The position numbers were made by a program, and so were the translations under genes. A stretch of DNA of 64,000 nucleotides from Thermoplasmata archaeon (lineage in GTDB: Archaea; Thermoplasmatota; UBA186; UBA287): the NCBI GenBank assembly GCA_011620765.1, contig WOYO01000082.1, positions 8,259-72,258 of the forward strand, given 5' to 3'. The notes under the pieces are model-generated. The model did no database searches. It was not told where the DNA came from and was given only the letters and a program-made list of their open reading frames with translations. This document shows positions 17,032 through 26,200 of the stretch, one piece after another (positions within the stretch are counted from its first letter, which is position 1; each line of letters begins with the position of its first letter).

Positions 17032-17617
17032 GCTCAGAGCTTTGTTTTGCTCTTGCCAGATCCTCCTGACTTTTTTCCATGATCGCTCTGCATGCATCCA
17101 CTTTCTGTTTCAGGTTTATCAGCCCCCTGGGATAATCAGCAGGTGCTAAAGTCTCATATATCCGTTCAATAGCTTTGCAATCCTGCTCTGCGCTCTCAAG
17201 ATCATTTTTTATAAGCGCGCATAACATATGTCTTCTCAGCTCACCTGTAAAATCACATAGCCCTAAAAGATATTCCGTTGCTTCAACACCGAGCTCTTCA
17301 GGCAGTGGCGGCTCTTCTTCACTTACGTATCTATAAAAAAGAAAAGCCTCTGTAAGCTCTTGAGCAGCCCCCTGTATATACCCGGAATAGAGGATATCTC
17401 CATGATCTCTCAAGCTATTCTTTAGTGCTTTGAGCTTTGCTTTCGCTCCTTCAATTGCTTTACTGTCCGGTCTGTTATCATGGAGCGCGCTTATCGTCTC
17501 TCTGCTTGCCTTTATGATATCTCTGGTCTCTTTCAAAGCTCTCTCTCTGAGCTCATCCTTTTCATCCACAACCTGCATCAGACGATTAGCTATTCTCTCG
17601 ATTTCCTCAAGGTTCAT
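16997..17617 (-). CDS. translin-family nucleic-acid-binding protein
   Basis: Signature region EATEYLLGLCDFTGELRRH (translin EAxEYLLGLxDxxGELxR). Helical protein of about 200 aa. Confidence 0.6.
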   Translation of the reverse strand: MNLEEIERIANRLMQVVDEKDELRERALKETRDIIKASRETISALHDNRPDSKAIEGAKAKLKALKNSLRDHGDILYSGYIQGAAQELTEAFLFYRYVSEEEPPLPEELGVEATEYLLGLCDFTGELRRHMLCALIKNDLESAEQDCKAIERIYETLAPADYPRGLINLKQKVDACRAIMEKSQEDLARAKQSSELIRLLSERSSS

Positions 17618-17821
17618 AACACAAATGTTGTTCTCTTTTTAAAGAACTTTGTAAATTTGGATATGGGTTACAGGATCTGTAGCCATTTTTTGCATTTTCC
17701 TTAAGGGAATCTAATAAGATGAATAGCTCTTTACCCGCGTTCATTATGCTCTTTCCAGTTAGAGAAGATCTATGATCTACAGCCATATCAAAGAGCAAGC
17801 AAAAATATATATAAACGCAAA

Positions 17822-18082
17822 ATGATTACTCCTTACAAAGGAGAGAAACACATGGTAGAATATAAGACCATAAAGTCGGAAGAGCTGCCGTTTGGCAAGA
17901 ACAACTTTATAGAGATAGCCAGAAAGAAAGCTGTGACAGATGATGGGGAGAATGAGTTCATCTCCATATCAAGAGGCTATAAATCGGGAGAGGATAAGAT
18001 AAGATGGAAGAGCACAATAGCTCTGCCATGCGATAAGGAGTTTGTGGAGAAGCTCTCTAGTAGTCTTCTAGAAATGCTGTGA
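17822..18082 (+). CDS. small hypothetical protein (76-86 aa) immediately upstream of, and overlapping, the Lhr-like helicase gene
   Basis: ORF ending in TGA that overlaps the helicase GTG start (GTGA). Probable start at the internal ATG (MVEYK..., 17852). Confidence 0.35.
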   Translation: MITPYKGEKHMVEYKTIKSEELPFGKNNFIEIARKKAVTDDGENEFISISRGYKSGEDKIRWKSTIALPCDKEFVEKLSSSLLEML

Positions 18083-20793
18083 ACTCCGAGAATCAGGGAT
18101 TCTCCCTCTTTTCTAAACCTATTTTTGAAGCTATAAGAGATAAAGGTTTTTTAACACCAACCCCTGCACAGGAGAAGGCCTTTCCACTGATAATGGAGCA
18201 TAAAAACCTGTTGTTGATAGCACCCACAGGCTACGGAAAAACTGAAGCTGCTTTGCTTCCCATATTTAATGAGCTTTTGATCGAAAAACCACCTGGCATA
18301 AGTGTTCTTTACATAACACCATTGCGTGCTTTAAACAGAGATCTGCTTGAGCGCATGGAGAGCTGGTGCAGGAGACTTGATATATCCCTTGCAGTCAGAC
18401 ATGGAGATACTGATACAAAGGAGCGCAGCAAACAGGCAAGCGTTCCGCCGCAGATGCTGATAACAACCCCGGAGACACTACAGGCAATAATCGTTGGCAG
18501 AGTTATGAAAAATAATCTGAAAAATGTGCGATGGGTTATCATTGATGAGGTCCATGAGCTTGTAGATAATAAAAGGGGAGCACAGCTGGCTGTTGCTCTT
18601 GAAAGGCTCAGGAGAATAGCAAAGTTTCAAACAATTGGGCTTAGTGCTACGATAGGAAGCGCTGAGACCGCGGCAAGATTTCTTGTAGGGCAGAAAAGAG
18701 AATGTGAGATAGTTACTATATCAATAGCTAAAGAAACAGATCTTGAGGTCCTTTATCCTGAGAAGAACGAAGAAGATGAAGCTCTTGCAAACGCGCTGTA
18801 CACTTACGCTCCGGTGGCTGCAAGACTCAGAGCAATAAAAAACATAATAGATAAACATAGTTCTGTTATAATATTCACAAACACCCGCTCAATAGCCGAG
18901 ACCCTTGCTAGCAGGTTTAAGGTCTGGGGCATAGAAGGCATAGGCGTGCATCACGGCTCATTATCAAAACCCACAAGACTTGTGATGGAGAGGGATTTCA
19001 AGGAGGGGAGGATAAAGGGAATAATAAGCACTTCATCTCTAGAGCTGGGTATAGACGTTGGAAAAGTGGATGCAATTGTGCAGTATGGCAGCCCGAGAGA
19101 GGTAACCAGAACGCTTCAGCGCGTGGGGCGAAGCGGACACAGAATAGGAAGGAGGGCAAAGGGATACATCATAGTGGAGAATGAGGACGATTACTTTGAA
19201 TCAATAGTTATAGCTAGAAGGGCTCTGGCGGAAGAGCTGGAAGATATAAGGGTGCCGGATAAGCCTTATGACGTTCTCATGCACCAGATAGCAGGACTGC
19301 TGCTCGAAAAAACGAGATGGAGATTTGATGATGCTTTAGCTATTATAAAAAATTCTGAGCCATTTAAAGACTTAAGCGAAGAGGATCTGGTTAAGGTCCT
19401 TGATTACATGCAATCGATATATCCCAGGCTTGTATGGTTCTCTAAAGAAGAAAGAGTATTCGCAAGAGCCAGGGTGAGAGAGAGGCTCTACAACTACTAC
19501 TTCAGAAACCTCTCTATGATTCCGGAAGAAAAGCATTACACAGTTATAAATGGGAAGGACGTTGTTGGCTTCCTGGACGAGTCTTTTGTTCTGGAGTATG
19601 GAGAGGTAGGAATGAAGTTCATCGAAGGGGGGATTCCATGGGAGATAGAGGGGATAACAAAGAATAGAGTTTATGTAAAACCTTCTGATGCCTTTGGTGC
19701 GATACCATCATGGGAAGGTGAGGAGATACCTGTGCCATTCGAGATAGCACAGGAGGTTGGGGAGATAAGGGCAAACATAGCTGGAGCAAGATCTCTTTAT
19801 CCCTTTGATGAGGAATCCATGAATAGGGCTTTGAGGGTTCTCACAGAGCATGCAGCTCACTACCCTATGCCAACAGATAAGAGGGTTGTTGTTGAGCGCT
19901 GGAATGAGTTCGTCATAGTCCACGCATGCTTTGGCACAAAACAGAACAGGGCTCTAAGCGTTATGCTGGGGGAGCTTCTGGGCGGAGGAGAGTCTATCGC
20001 TATAAGCACAGATCCTTATAGGGTTATATTGCGCACAGATGCTTCCGATGCAGAAATAGAGAAGGCTTTTCGCTCTCTTGACAATGCGCTGCTAGAGAAG
20101 GCTGTGGTCAGGACGGGTCTGTTTAGAAGGAATTTCATAAATACACTGCGCAAGTGTGGTGGTTTGGAGAGAGATGCTGATCTGAGCAGGATGGGGAGCG
20201 AAAGGATAATGAAGAGCTTTGAAGGCACTGCGGTGTGGGATGAAGCTCTGAAGACCACACTTTTCAAAGATTTTGAACCTTTGAGGGTTAAGCCCGAGCT
20301 GGAGTTCACAGAGGGCTTAACACCCCTTGGCAGGATAGCGATAGAGGATCTCTCAAGGGAGCTGGATGTGCTGAAGCCTGAGCGCATGGAGAAGCTCATA
20401 AATGAGTACACAAAAGCGAGGCTTCTTGATGAAGCTTTTACTTTTATATGCTGTGATTGCTGGAGCTATATCGAAACTGTAAAGATCAAAGATTTTGAAA
20501 AGCGCGTCTGTCCCGAGTGTGGATCCGAGCGTATTGGCTTTTTAAAAGAGAGCGAAGATGATGTTGAGAGAGCTCTCTTCATGAGAAGAGGGGAGGAGAC
20601 AAAGAAGGAAGCTGAGGAAAATCAAAAGCTTCTGGAGCAATATGGCTTTCCGCTCCTGCTTGCGATGGCTGCGAGGATAAAAAAAGAGGATGCTTTGAAA
20701 CTCGTTGTGAGATCTAAGGGAGATGAAACAGTACTCATACCCATGATAATAAAAGAGGAGCGCAGAGAGCTGCGCAAGAGATACACGCGCTGA
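18079..20793 (+). CDS. lhr: Lhr-like large ATP-dependent DEAD/DEAH-box helicase with C-terminal Zn-ribbon domain
   Basis: Q motif/Walker A (TPTPAQEKAF...LLIAPTGYGKTEAAL), DEVHE, SAT, and HHGSL...QRVGRSGHR helicase motifs. C-terminal CDCW...CPECGS zinc ribbon. Confidence 0.85.
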   Translation: MNSENQGFSLFSKPIFEAIRDKGFLTPTPAQEKAFPLIMEHKNLLLIAPTGYGKTEAALLPIFNELLIEKPPGISVLYITPLRALNRDLLERMESWCRRLDISLAVRHGDTDTKERSKQASVPPQMLITTPETLQAIIVGRVMKNNLKNVRWVIIDEVHELVDNKRGAQLAVALERLRRIAKFQTIGLSATIGSAETAARFLVGQKRECEIVTISIAKETDLEVLYPEKNEEDEALANALYTYAPVAARLRAIKNIIDKHSSVIIFTNTRSIAETLASRFKVWGIEGIGVHHGSLSKPTRLVMERDFKEGRIKGIISTSSLELGIDVGKVDAIVQYGSPREVTRTLQRVGRSGHRIGRRAKGYIIVENEDDYFESIVIARRALAEELEDIRVPDKPYDVLMHQIAGLLLEKTRWRFDDALAIIKNSEPFKDLSEEDLVKVLDYMQSIYPRLVWFSKEERVFARARVRERLYNYYFRNLSMIPEEKHYTVINGKDVVGFLDESFVLEYGEVGMKFIEGGIPWEIEGITKNRVYVKPSDAFGAIPSWEGEEIPVPFEIAQEVGEIRANIAGARSLYPFDEESMNRALRVLTEHAAHYPMPTDKRVVVERWNEFVIVHACFGTKQNRALSVMLGELLGGGESIAISTDPYRVILRTDASDAEIEKAFRSLDNALLEKAVVRTGLFRRNFINTLRKCGGLERDADLSRMGSERIMKSFEGTAVWDEALKTTLFKDFEPLRVKPELEFTEGLTPLGRIAIEDLSRELDVLKPERMEKLINEYTKARLLDEAFTFICCDCWSYIETVKIKDFEKRVCPECGSERIGFLKESEDDVERALFMRRGEETKKEAEENQKLLEQYGFPLLLAMAARIKKEDALKLVVRSKGDETVLIPMIIKEERRELRKRYTR

Positions 20794-20833
20794 TTGAAGA
20801 TAAGTGTTAATATAAGAAGCCCTATTCCGATAT

Positions 20834-21880
20834 ATGAGAATTGAAAAACTTGGTCTGGACGAGGGCGAGTGCGCTCTTGTTGCACCTGGAAGCAACTTTT
20901 TTTACCTGACAGGCATGGATTTTGTCGGGGTTCATGAAAGGCTCTTTCTACTCTTGGTTACAAAAAATGATAAACCGGCGATAGTTGCTCCAGAGCTGTA
21001 TGAAAACGAGCTCGATAAATGGAAAGGAGAGCTCTATCTATGGCAGGATGGAGAGGATCCTTTTGATGTTGTTAAAGATCTGTTGAAGGAAAGAAGGACA
21101 AAAAAGCTGCTAGTTGAAGAAAGCGCTCCGGCGGGCATCATTCTGCCTTTTATGGATGTATACGACATTGAGCCCTTGAGCAGGAGAATAAAGGATATCC
21201 GAGAACGAAAGGATGCAGAAGAAATAGAAAAGATAAAGAAAGCCTGTTCTATCGTTGATATGGTGTTTGAGGAGCTGCTCGACACAGAATTTGAAGGAAA
21301 AAAGGAGAGCGACATCGCTAAGCGCATAGATGAAAGGATCTTTGAGCTGGGTGGTAAACCGTCTTTTGAGACAATTGTAGCCTCCGGCGCTAATGGTGCA
21401 GAGCCCCATCACACGATCAGTGGAAAGATCATTGAGAGAGGCAACTTTGTGGTTATGGACTATGGAGCAAAGGTGGATGGATATTGCTCTGACATAACGC
21501 GCACAGTAGCGGTTGGGGAAAAGAAAGATAAAGAGATATATGACACAGTCCAGGAGGCACAGCAGAAGGCTTTTGAATCTGTACGCAAAGGCATAACAGC
21601 AGAGAGCATAGACAGGACTGCCAGAGAAGTGATAGCAAAAAAGGGATATGGTGAGAACTTTACCCATCGCACCGGCCATGGTCTGGGTATAGATGTGCAT
21701 GAGGATCCTTACATAACCGCAGGCAACAAAGAGGCTTTAGATGAAGGCATGGTCTTCACCATAGAGCCCGGTATTTACATAAAAGGATCTCTGGGCATAA
21801 GGATAGAGGATGATGTTGCTATAATCGATGGGAAGGGTAAAAGGCTGACGGGCGCTGAAAGGAATCTTCTGGTTGTATGA
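20834..21880 (+). CDS. pepQ: Xaa-Pro dipeptidase / M24B family metallopeptidase
   Basis: Pita-bread fold metal ligands: VMDYGAKVDGYCSDITRT, HRTGHGLGIDVHE, and the FTIEPGIY...GIRIED motifs. Confidence 0.85.
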   Translation: MRIEKLGLDEGECALVAPGSNFFYLTGMDFVGVHERLFLLLVTKNDKPAIVAPELYENELDKWKGELYLWQDGEDPFDVVKDLLKERRTKKLLVEESAPAGIILPFMDVYDIEPLSRRIKDIRERKDAEEIEKIKKACSIVDMVFEELLDTEFEGKKESDIAKRIDERIFELGGKPSFETIVASGANGAEPHHTISGKIIERGNFVVMDYGAKVDGYCSDITRTVAVGEKKDKEIYDTVQEAQQKAFESVRKGITAESIDRTAREVIAKKGYGENFTHRTGHGLGIDVHEDPYITAGNKEALDEGMVFTIEPGIYIKGSLGIRIEDDVAIIDGKGKRLTGAERNLLVV

Positions 21881-22043
21881 TCTATGTATAAGGTTTTCAC
21901 ATCAACACACCAAGGCTCTATTGCACTGCTCCCTTTAAAAAAGGCAATTCTACCTATGTCCACAGACAAAAAGGAGAGCTACAAAGGTTATTCAATGGCC
22001 AGATCAGGATAGCAGCAGAAACTACTGCCAACCAATTCTGAGC

Positions 22044-22070
22044 TTGAGATCTCTTGATCTCAATAAAAAA
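22044..22070 (-). terminator. inverted repeat (TTGAGATC/GATCTCAA) flanked by an oligo-T run on the minus strand, downstream of truD
   Basis: Minus strand reads ...CAGTTTTTTATTGAGATCAAGAGATCTCAAGCTC 70 nt after the truD stop. Oligo-T tracts are the archaeal terminator signal. Confidence 0.4.
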
Positions 22071-22139
22071 CTGAAGGGAAAACGATGAACAGGTGTGTTC
22101 CTCCTTCAAAGCGTTATCACAAAACACAGATGCTTATCG

Positions 22140-23381
22140 CTATCCGTAGGCTCTCATATCCTCGCTCTTCATGATCTCTCTTAGCAGGGATGTAGCATAT
22201 GTGCCTTTTGGGAGATAAAAAGAGAAAGAGACAGTGCTGTCATCCTCTACATTATAGCTTATTTTTGTCCTTATCTGCAGAACCCTTCTGAGCCCTTTGG
22301 CGCTCAACTCCGGCATCCTGTATATCCAGAACCTTTCCATATTTATGTTGTTTAATACTTTACTTTCTATATCCCCCTCAATCCCTCGAGGTAGCACACT
22401 GTCATATCCTGGTATAGCTCCAGTCGGAGAACACCTCCCCTTTCTGAAATTTCTCTCCACTTTCTGCATATTTCTCTCTGTGACCGGTATATCCTCATCC
22501 TCAGGGTTAAGGCTCTCATCTATGGGTTTTATCACATCATACATTAAAACACGGTTTATTAGCTTCCTTCTTATCCTCTCGGATAGTATGCGGTTGAATA
22601 AATAGGATTGATATGCGTAAACAAACATTGTGCGCAGGTTTATCGGCAGAGTTTTTATTGCATTGACATAATCCTCCTTTTTTGCCAGAGCGCTTAGCAA
22701 TATTCTCTCAAATTCCAGATTCCATGGAAAGATTTCAAGAGCTTCCTTAAACCTTTTTTCCATGGCAAGCTTCTTTGCCAATGCTAGCCTTTCACTATCA
22801 TATTCACCCGGTTCACATATGTATGTGAGCACAGCGCCCTCAAAATCGCCCTCAACTATCCTCTCTCCTATCCTGTGAGTGTTCGGCCTTGAAATACCAA
22901 AGCGCTGAATCCCAAAGAAGTTTGGAAAACCCCCTTTCTCTTCTATCTCTTTTATTATCAAGGGAACTTTATCAGGATTGCAGTGTCTAACCCTCACGAA
23001 GAACTCATTTCCATGCAGATCTCCGAGGTAAAGCTTCCTATCCGTGCTGTAGAGATATCTCAGCTCCACACCCTCTATTTGCAGTCTCTCAACGTCCTCT
23101 CTCTTCGCCTTTATAACAATCAGCTGTTCGCTTATAGCCCTCTTATCCTTTGTGCCGGCGATATGTATTCCATTCCTATCTATCCTGAGCTTTCTTGTTA
23201 TAAGGGAGAGCAGAGCATTTGTCTCCCAGTTTCTTGCTTTCATCCAGAAAACACAGTAAGCATTACCTGGTGGGAGAGAGATAGGGACTTCTTTTACAAC
23301 AAAATCTTCGGGCTCCTCTTTTATAACCCCACCTATGCCCTCAGTTTCTGTAAGGTATGTTTCAATTCCGAGATCAATCAA
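22140..23381 (-). CDS. truD: tRNA pseudouridine(13) synthase TruD
   Basis: Catalytic motif IAGTKDKRAIS (TruD GxKD). Archaeal-length (413 aa) TruD. Confidence 0.75.
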   Translation of the reverse strand: MIDLGIETYLTETEGIGGVIKEEPEDFVVKEVPISLPPGNAYCVFWMKARNWETNALLSLITRKLRIDRNGIHIAGTKDKRAISEQLIVIKAKREDVERLQIEGVELRYLYSTDRKLYLGDLHGNEFFVRVRHCNPDKVPLIIKEIEEKGGFPNFFGIQRFGISRPNTHRIGERIVEGDFEGAVLTYICEPGEYDSERLALAKKLAMEKRFKEALEIFPWNLEFERILLSALAKKEDYVNAIKTLPINLRTMFVYAYQSYLFNRILSERIRRKLINRVLMYDVIKPIDESLNPEDEDIPVTERNMQKVERNFRKGRCSPTGAIPGYDSVLPRGIEGDIESKVLNNINMERFWIYRMPELSAKGLRRVLQIRTKISYNVEDDSTVSFSFYLPKGTYATSLLREIMKSEDMRAYG

Positions 23382-23667
23382 GCTCTTCCCTTAACTCTTT
23401 CAGCCTTCCTCTCAGCTCTTTTATTGCATCATCTACAGCCGATTCGGCGCTACCTTTTTTCGTTCTTACAAGAATCTTTACTGTATCTTTCAGAGGGTGC
23501 TCTTTTATTTTGCCAGCGTACTCAACATCTTCATTTCTCACCAGCGCTTCTATCAATGGGTTGATAAAGTTCTCATCATCCATCTCGATCACAAGTTCTC
23601 TTTCATCGCTTTTCACTTTTGTCTTTATCACTTTCACTCTACCTCCTTTATTCCTATAGGTTTGCAA
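23374..23667 (-). CDS. rpo11: DNA-directed RNA polymerase subunit Rpo11 (RpoL)
   Basis: FINPLIEALVRNEDVEYAGKIKEHPLKDTVKILVRT matches the Rpo11/L core (DHTLGN-like...AGY..PHPL...I.I.T). Lies downstream of Csl4 as in the conserved archaeal arrangement. Confidence 0.7.
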   Translation of the reverse strand: MQTYRNKGGRVKVIKTKVKSDERELVIEMDDENFINPLIEALVRNEDVEYAGKIKEHPLKDTVKILVRTKKGSAESAVDDAIKELRGRLKELREELD

Positions 23668-24206
23668 TAGTCCTCTGAGATCTTTATTCTGCTCTCAAAG
23701 GTTTTGCATCTGAAGCACTGCAGCCTTGAGCCGACAACCCGCATTGTGCTCTTGCATCTCCTGCAGAAAGCCTTCACAACACCGAGATTGTCTCCCTTCA
23801 TCGTTAACTGCAAGGATGGTTTTACCTGCAAAACCTTTGCCTTTATGACATCGCCTATGCGAAAAGCATCGCTTATGTCCTTTACGTAGGAATCACTTAT
23901 CTGTGAAACGAAAAGCGTTGCATTCTTTAAGGCAGATATAGATTTCTTCTCCTCTCCCTCTTTTGCTATTATCTCTACAATAGCCATATTGCTCCTCACA
24001 TCACTTATTCTACCAAAAACTATGTCTCCAGGGTGCAATATCACTGGTTCACCTTTAAGAGGCTTTACCTCAAGAAGTTTGTTGTTGTTGTCTATGGACA
24101 CCTCCCCAAAAACACTGGCTTTTATTCTTCCATCCTTTTCATAACACCCTTTTCCACACAGATATTCCTCAGAATATCCGATCTCATCTCCAGGAAATAC
24201 CATCAT
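23634..24206 (-). CDS. csl4: exosome complex RNA-binding protein Csl4 (S1 domain + Zn ribbon)
   Basis: PGDIVFGRISDVRSNMAIVEI S1 domain and C-terminal CRRCKS...CFRCKT zinc ribbon. 190 aa. Confidence 0.8.
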   Translation of the reverse strand: MMVFPGDEIGYSEEYLCGKGCYEKDGRIKASVFGEVSIDNNNKLLEVKPLKGEPVILHPGDIVFGRISDVRSNMAIVEIIAKEGEEKKSISALKNATLFVSQISDSYVKDISDAFRIGDVIKAKVLQVKPSLQLTMKGDNLGVVKAFCRRCKSTMRVVGSRLQCFRCKTFESRIKISEDYCKPIGIKEVE

Positions 24207-24805
24207 GCTATCACCTTTATGAGTGAAACTTCATATTCCCTTTTATCTTTTGTGTGAAAATCGAACCTGTGTTTTATTTCAAAGGAGTATCCACCAATTT
24301 TCTGCGTCTCTTTGCTCTTATCTTTATAATATCTCTCCACAAAGTTTCCATCAAGACACAGGTGGTATATTATGTTTGCTATTTCTATTGCTTTGTCCAT
24401 GAACTTTCTGTCTGCATGCTTTCTCTGCGCCCCGAAAGGAGGGTTCATTATCACCGTATCACACCTCTCTGAAAAATCGGATATATCTGAGCATACAAAC
24501 CTTACGTTTATTCCATTTTCAGCGCAGAAATTTTCGGCTCTCTCTACAGCCTTTTCATCAATATCAACTCCTACGGCATCTGCACCTAAGAGTGCACTAC
24601 CGATAGCGAATATCCCCGTACCACACCCCAGGTCTACCACCTTTTTGCCATCTATGTTCTCTATGGCTTTAAACAGGATATCTGCTGCTATGGAAGCCGG
24701 GGTAAGATACTGCTCAAGCTCTGGTTTTGGATCAGGAAAGTCATACACCCTTTGCAGGATCATTTCCAGCTCTTTTTTCTTTATCTTCCTATCACATCTG
24801 TTCAT
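24203..24805 (-). CDS. class I SAM-dependent methyltransferase (probable RNA m6A methyltransferase, METTL5-like)
   Basis: Motif I VVDLGCGTGIFAIG, acidic motif II VDIDE, and NPPF motif IV (VIMNPPFG). Confidence 0.65.
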   Translation of the reverse strand: MNRCDRKIKKKELEMILQRVYDFPDPKPELEQYLTPASIAADILFKAIENIDGKKVVDLGCGTGIFAIGSALLGADAVGVDIDEKAVERAENFCAENGINVRFVCSDISDFSERCDTVIMNPPFGAQRKHADRKFMDKAIEIANIIYHLCLDGNFVERYYKDKSKETQKIGGYSFEIKHRFDFHTKDKREYEVSLIKVIA

Positions 24806-25676
24806 CTCTCATTTTCCTTTCAATATCGACAAGATCTGTGTAATTGACAATTGGTTTTTCAAATTCATCATCGAGCGCTATTCTCGGGCAGGCTGTGTTT
24901 ACATAAGCCTCCACATTATAACCTGTGAGGCTACTTTCCTCTATCCTGTCCATAACAAATATCTCAGCCTTTTTTCCTTTATTTTCCAGCATTTTTTTCA
25001 TCTCTATTGCTTCTTTCATCCTCTGCTGTCCCCTCTTTGTGCTGACCAGTATCCCTATTCTCTCTGCGCTCAAAACCCCTAAAAGATTGCCCCTCCTTTT
25101 TCTATCAAGCGCTTTTCCTTCCGCACTCATCTCCTTTAGCTCTGCTGTTAAAGGATCAAAGGCAAGAACACTGCTTTTTAGGGCTATGCCGAGCGGATGA
25201 AAACTGCCATCACCAATGTATAGCACCATACCCTCTATTGAAGGAAAACTGCATCCGAGAACGCATTGCATGCTCGAGGTTTTTTTCCCTGTGGATTCAA
25301 GGGCTGAAGCGATCTTATGCGCTACTCTCTCAAAGTTTATTGAGAAGCATATTGAAAATGCGTTATCACCTATGGCTTCGGAAATCCTTTCTATATCCTT
25401 GTCCTTTACATAGATATCATAATAGTAAGGATAGAACAGAACTGGAATACAATGCTCAAGCCCAAAATCTCTGTGCCCTAAATGGATCAACACCTCTGCA
25501 CCAAGCTCTTTTGCCTCTCTATCCTTTATATCACATGCGCCATAGCATGGATCGGTGAAGATAAAGGCATCTCCAAGCTTTCCAGCCAGTTCCTCTGCGA
25601 GTCGCTTAAGGCCATCTGGTGCCTGGATCGCTATCTTTCTGTATTTTTCAACCTCTTTTAAAATATCGTCTATCAT
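24792..25676 (-). CDS. dph2: diphthamide biosynthesis enzyme Dph2 (2-(3-amino-3-carboxypropyl)histidine synthase)
   Basis: IQAPDGLKRLAEELAG, YGACD...DREAKELGAEVLIHLGH, GDGSFHPLGIAL, ACPRIALDD, the three-Cys Dph2 signature blocks. Start placed at MIDDILKEV (25676); the 60-aa N-terminal extension in the track ORF has no Dph2 similarity. Confidence 0.8.
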   Translation of the reverse strand: MIDDILKEVEKYRKIAIQAPDGLKRLAEELAGKLGDAFIFTDPCYGACDIKDREAKELGAEVLIHLGHRDFGLEHCIPVLFYPYYYDIYVKDKDIERISEAIGDNAFSICFSINFERVAHKIASALESTGKKTSSMQCVLGCSFPSIEGMVLYIGDGSFHPLGIALKSSVLAFDPLTAELKEMSAEGKALDRKRRGNLLGVLSAERIGILVSTKRGQQRMKEAIEMKKMLENKGKKAEIFVMDRIEESSLTGYNVEAYVNTACPRIALDDEFEKPIVNYTDLVDIERKMRDEQM

Positions 25677-25969
25677 ATCACCGGGAAGAACAAAGCCACA
25701 AGAACAAAAATTCCTGCTATAGCGCCCCCTATCACAAGGCCTATAAGCATCAACAGAAAAGCCATCACAGAGTTCCAGAAATCTTCTCTGGCAAAATAGC
25801 TTTTGAAGAAAAGCACCAGAGCTACAACCCCCAGAACGAGCAGCACCGCTCCCCACAACCTTGAGATGCCTATAAATATTAGCGCCACACCAGCAATGAG
25901 GGAGACTATTATCAGTCCTGCAAGCATGAATGACTTTATTGCATCATTGTTTTCCATAGAAACATTCAT
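25673..25969 (-). CDS. small membrane protein (98 aa, 3 predicted TM helices)
   Basis: Highly hydrophobic ORF. Its stop overlaps the dph2 start. TATA-like box about 35 bp upstream. Confidence 0.4.
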   Translation of the reverse strand: MNVSMENNDAIKSFMLAGLIIVSLIAGVALIFIGISRLWGAVLLVLGVVALVLFFKSYFAREDFWNSVMAFLLMLIGLVIGGAIAGIFVLVALFFPVI

Positions 25970-26200
25970 AAAAATAAGGGCCTTGAGAATATTTCAACTT
26001 TCCTATAAAAATGTAGCGATGAAGACTAAAAGATCGTTAGACCCATACACAGACACAGGCAGCGCTATTAGAAGAGGGAAAGTCCCACAATGGTTGAGAG
26101 CACGAGAGTGAGGCACATTTAGAGGATAGAAAAGAAAAATTGCTAAAGCGTTGTGCTTCCAGTCTACTATCTTACATAACCTCCTATATGATCCGTCTAC

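Noticed and set aside
17607-17798. 63-aa minus-strand ORF in the translin-lhr spacer
   Set aside because: Overlaps the translin start region and has no support from motif or context. The spacer is more likely promoter sequence for the divergent genes.
24792-25856. 354-aa version of dph2 starting MGSGAARSGG
   Set aside because: The first 60 residues are Cys/Gly/Arg-rich low-complexity sequence with no Dph2 similarity, and they overlap the upstream membrane-protein gene. Homology starts at MIDDILKEV.
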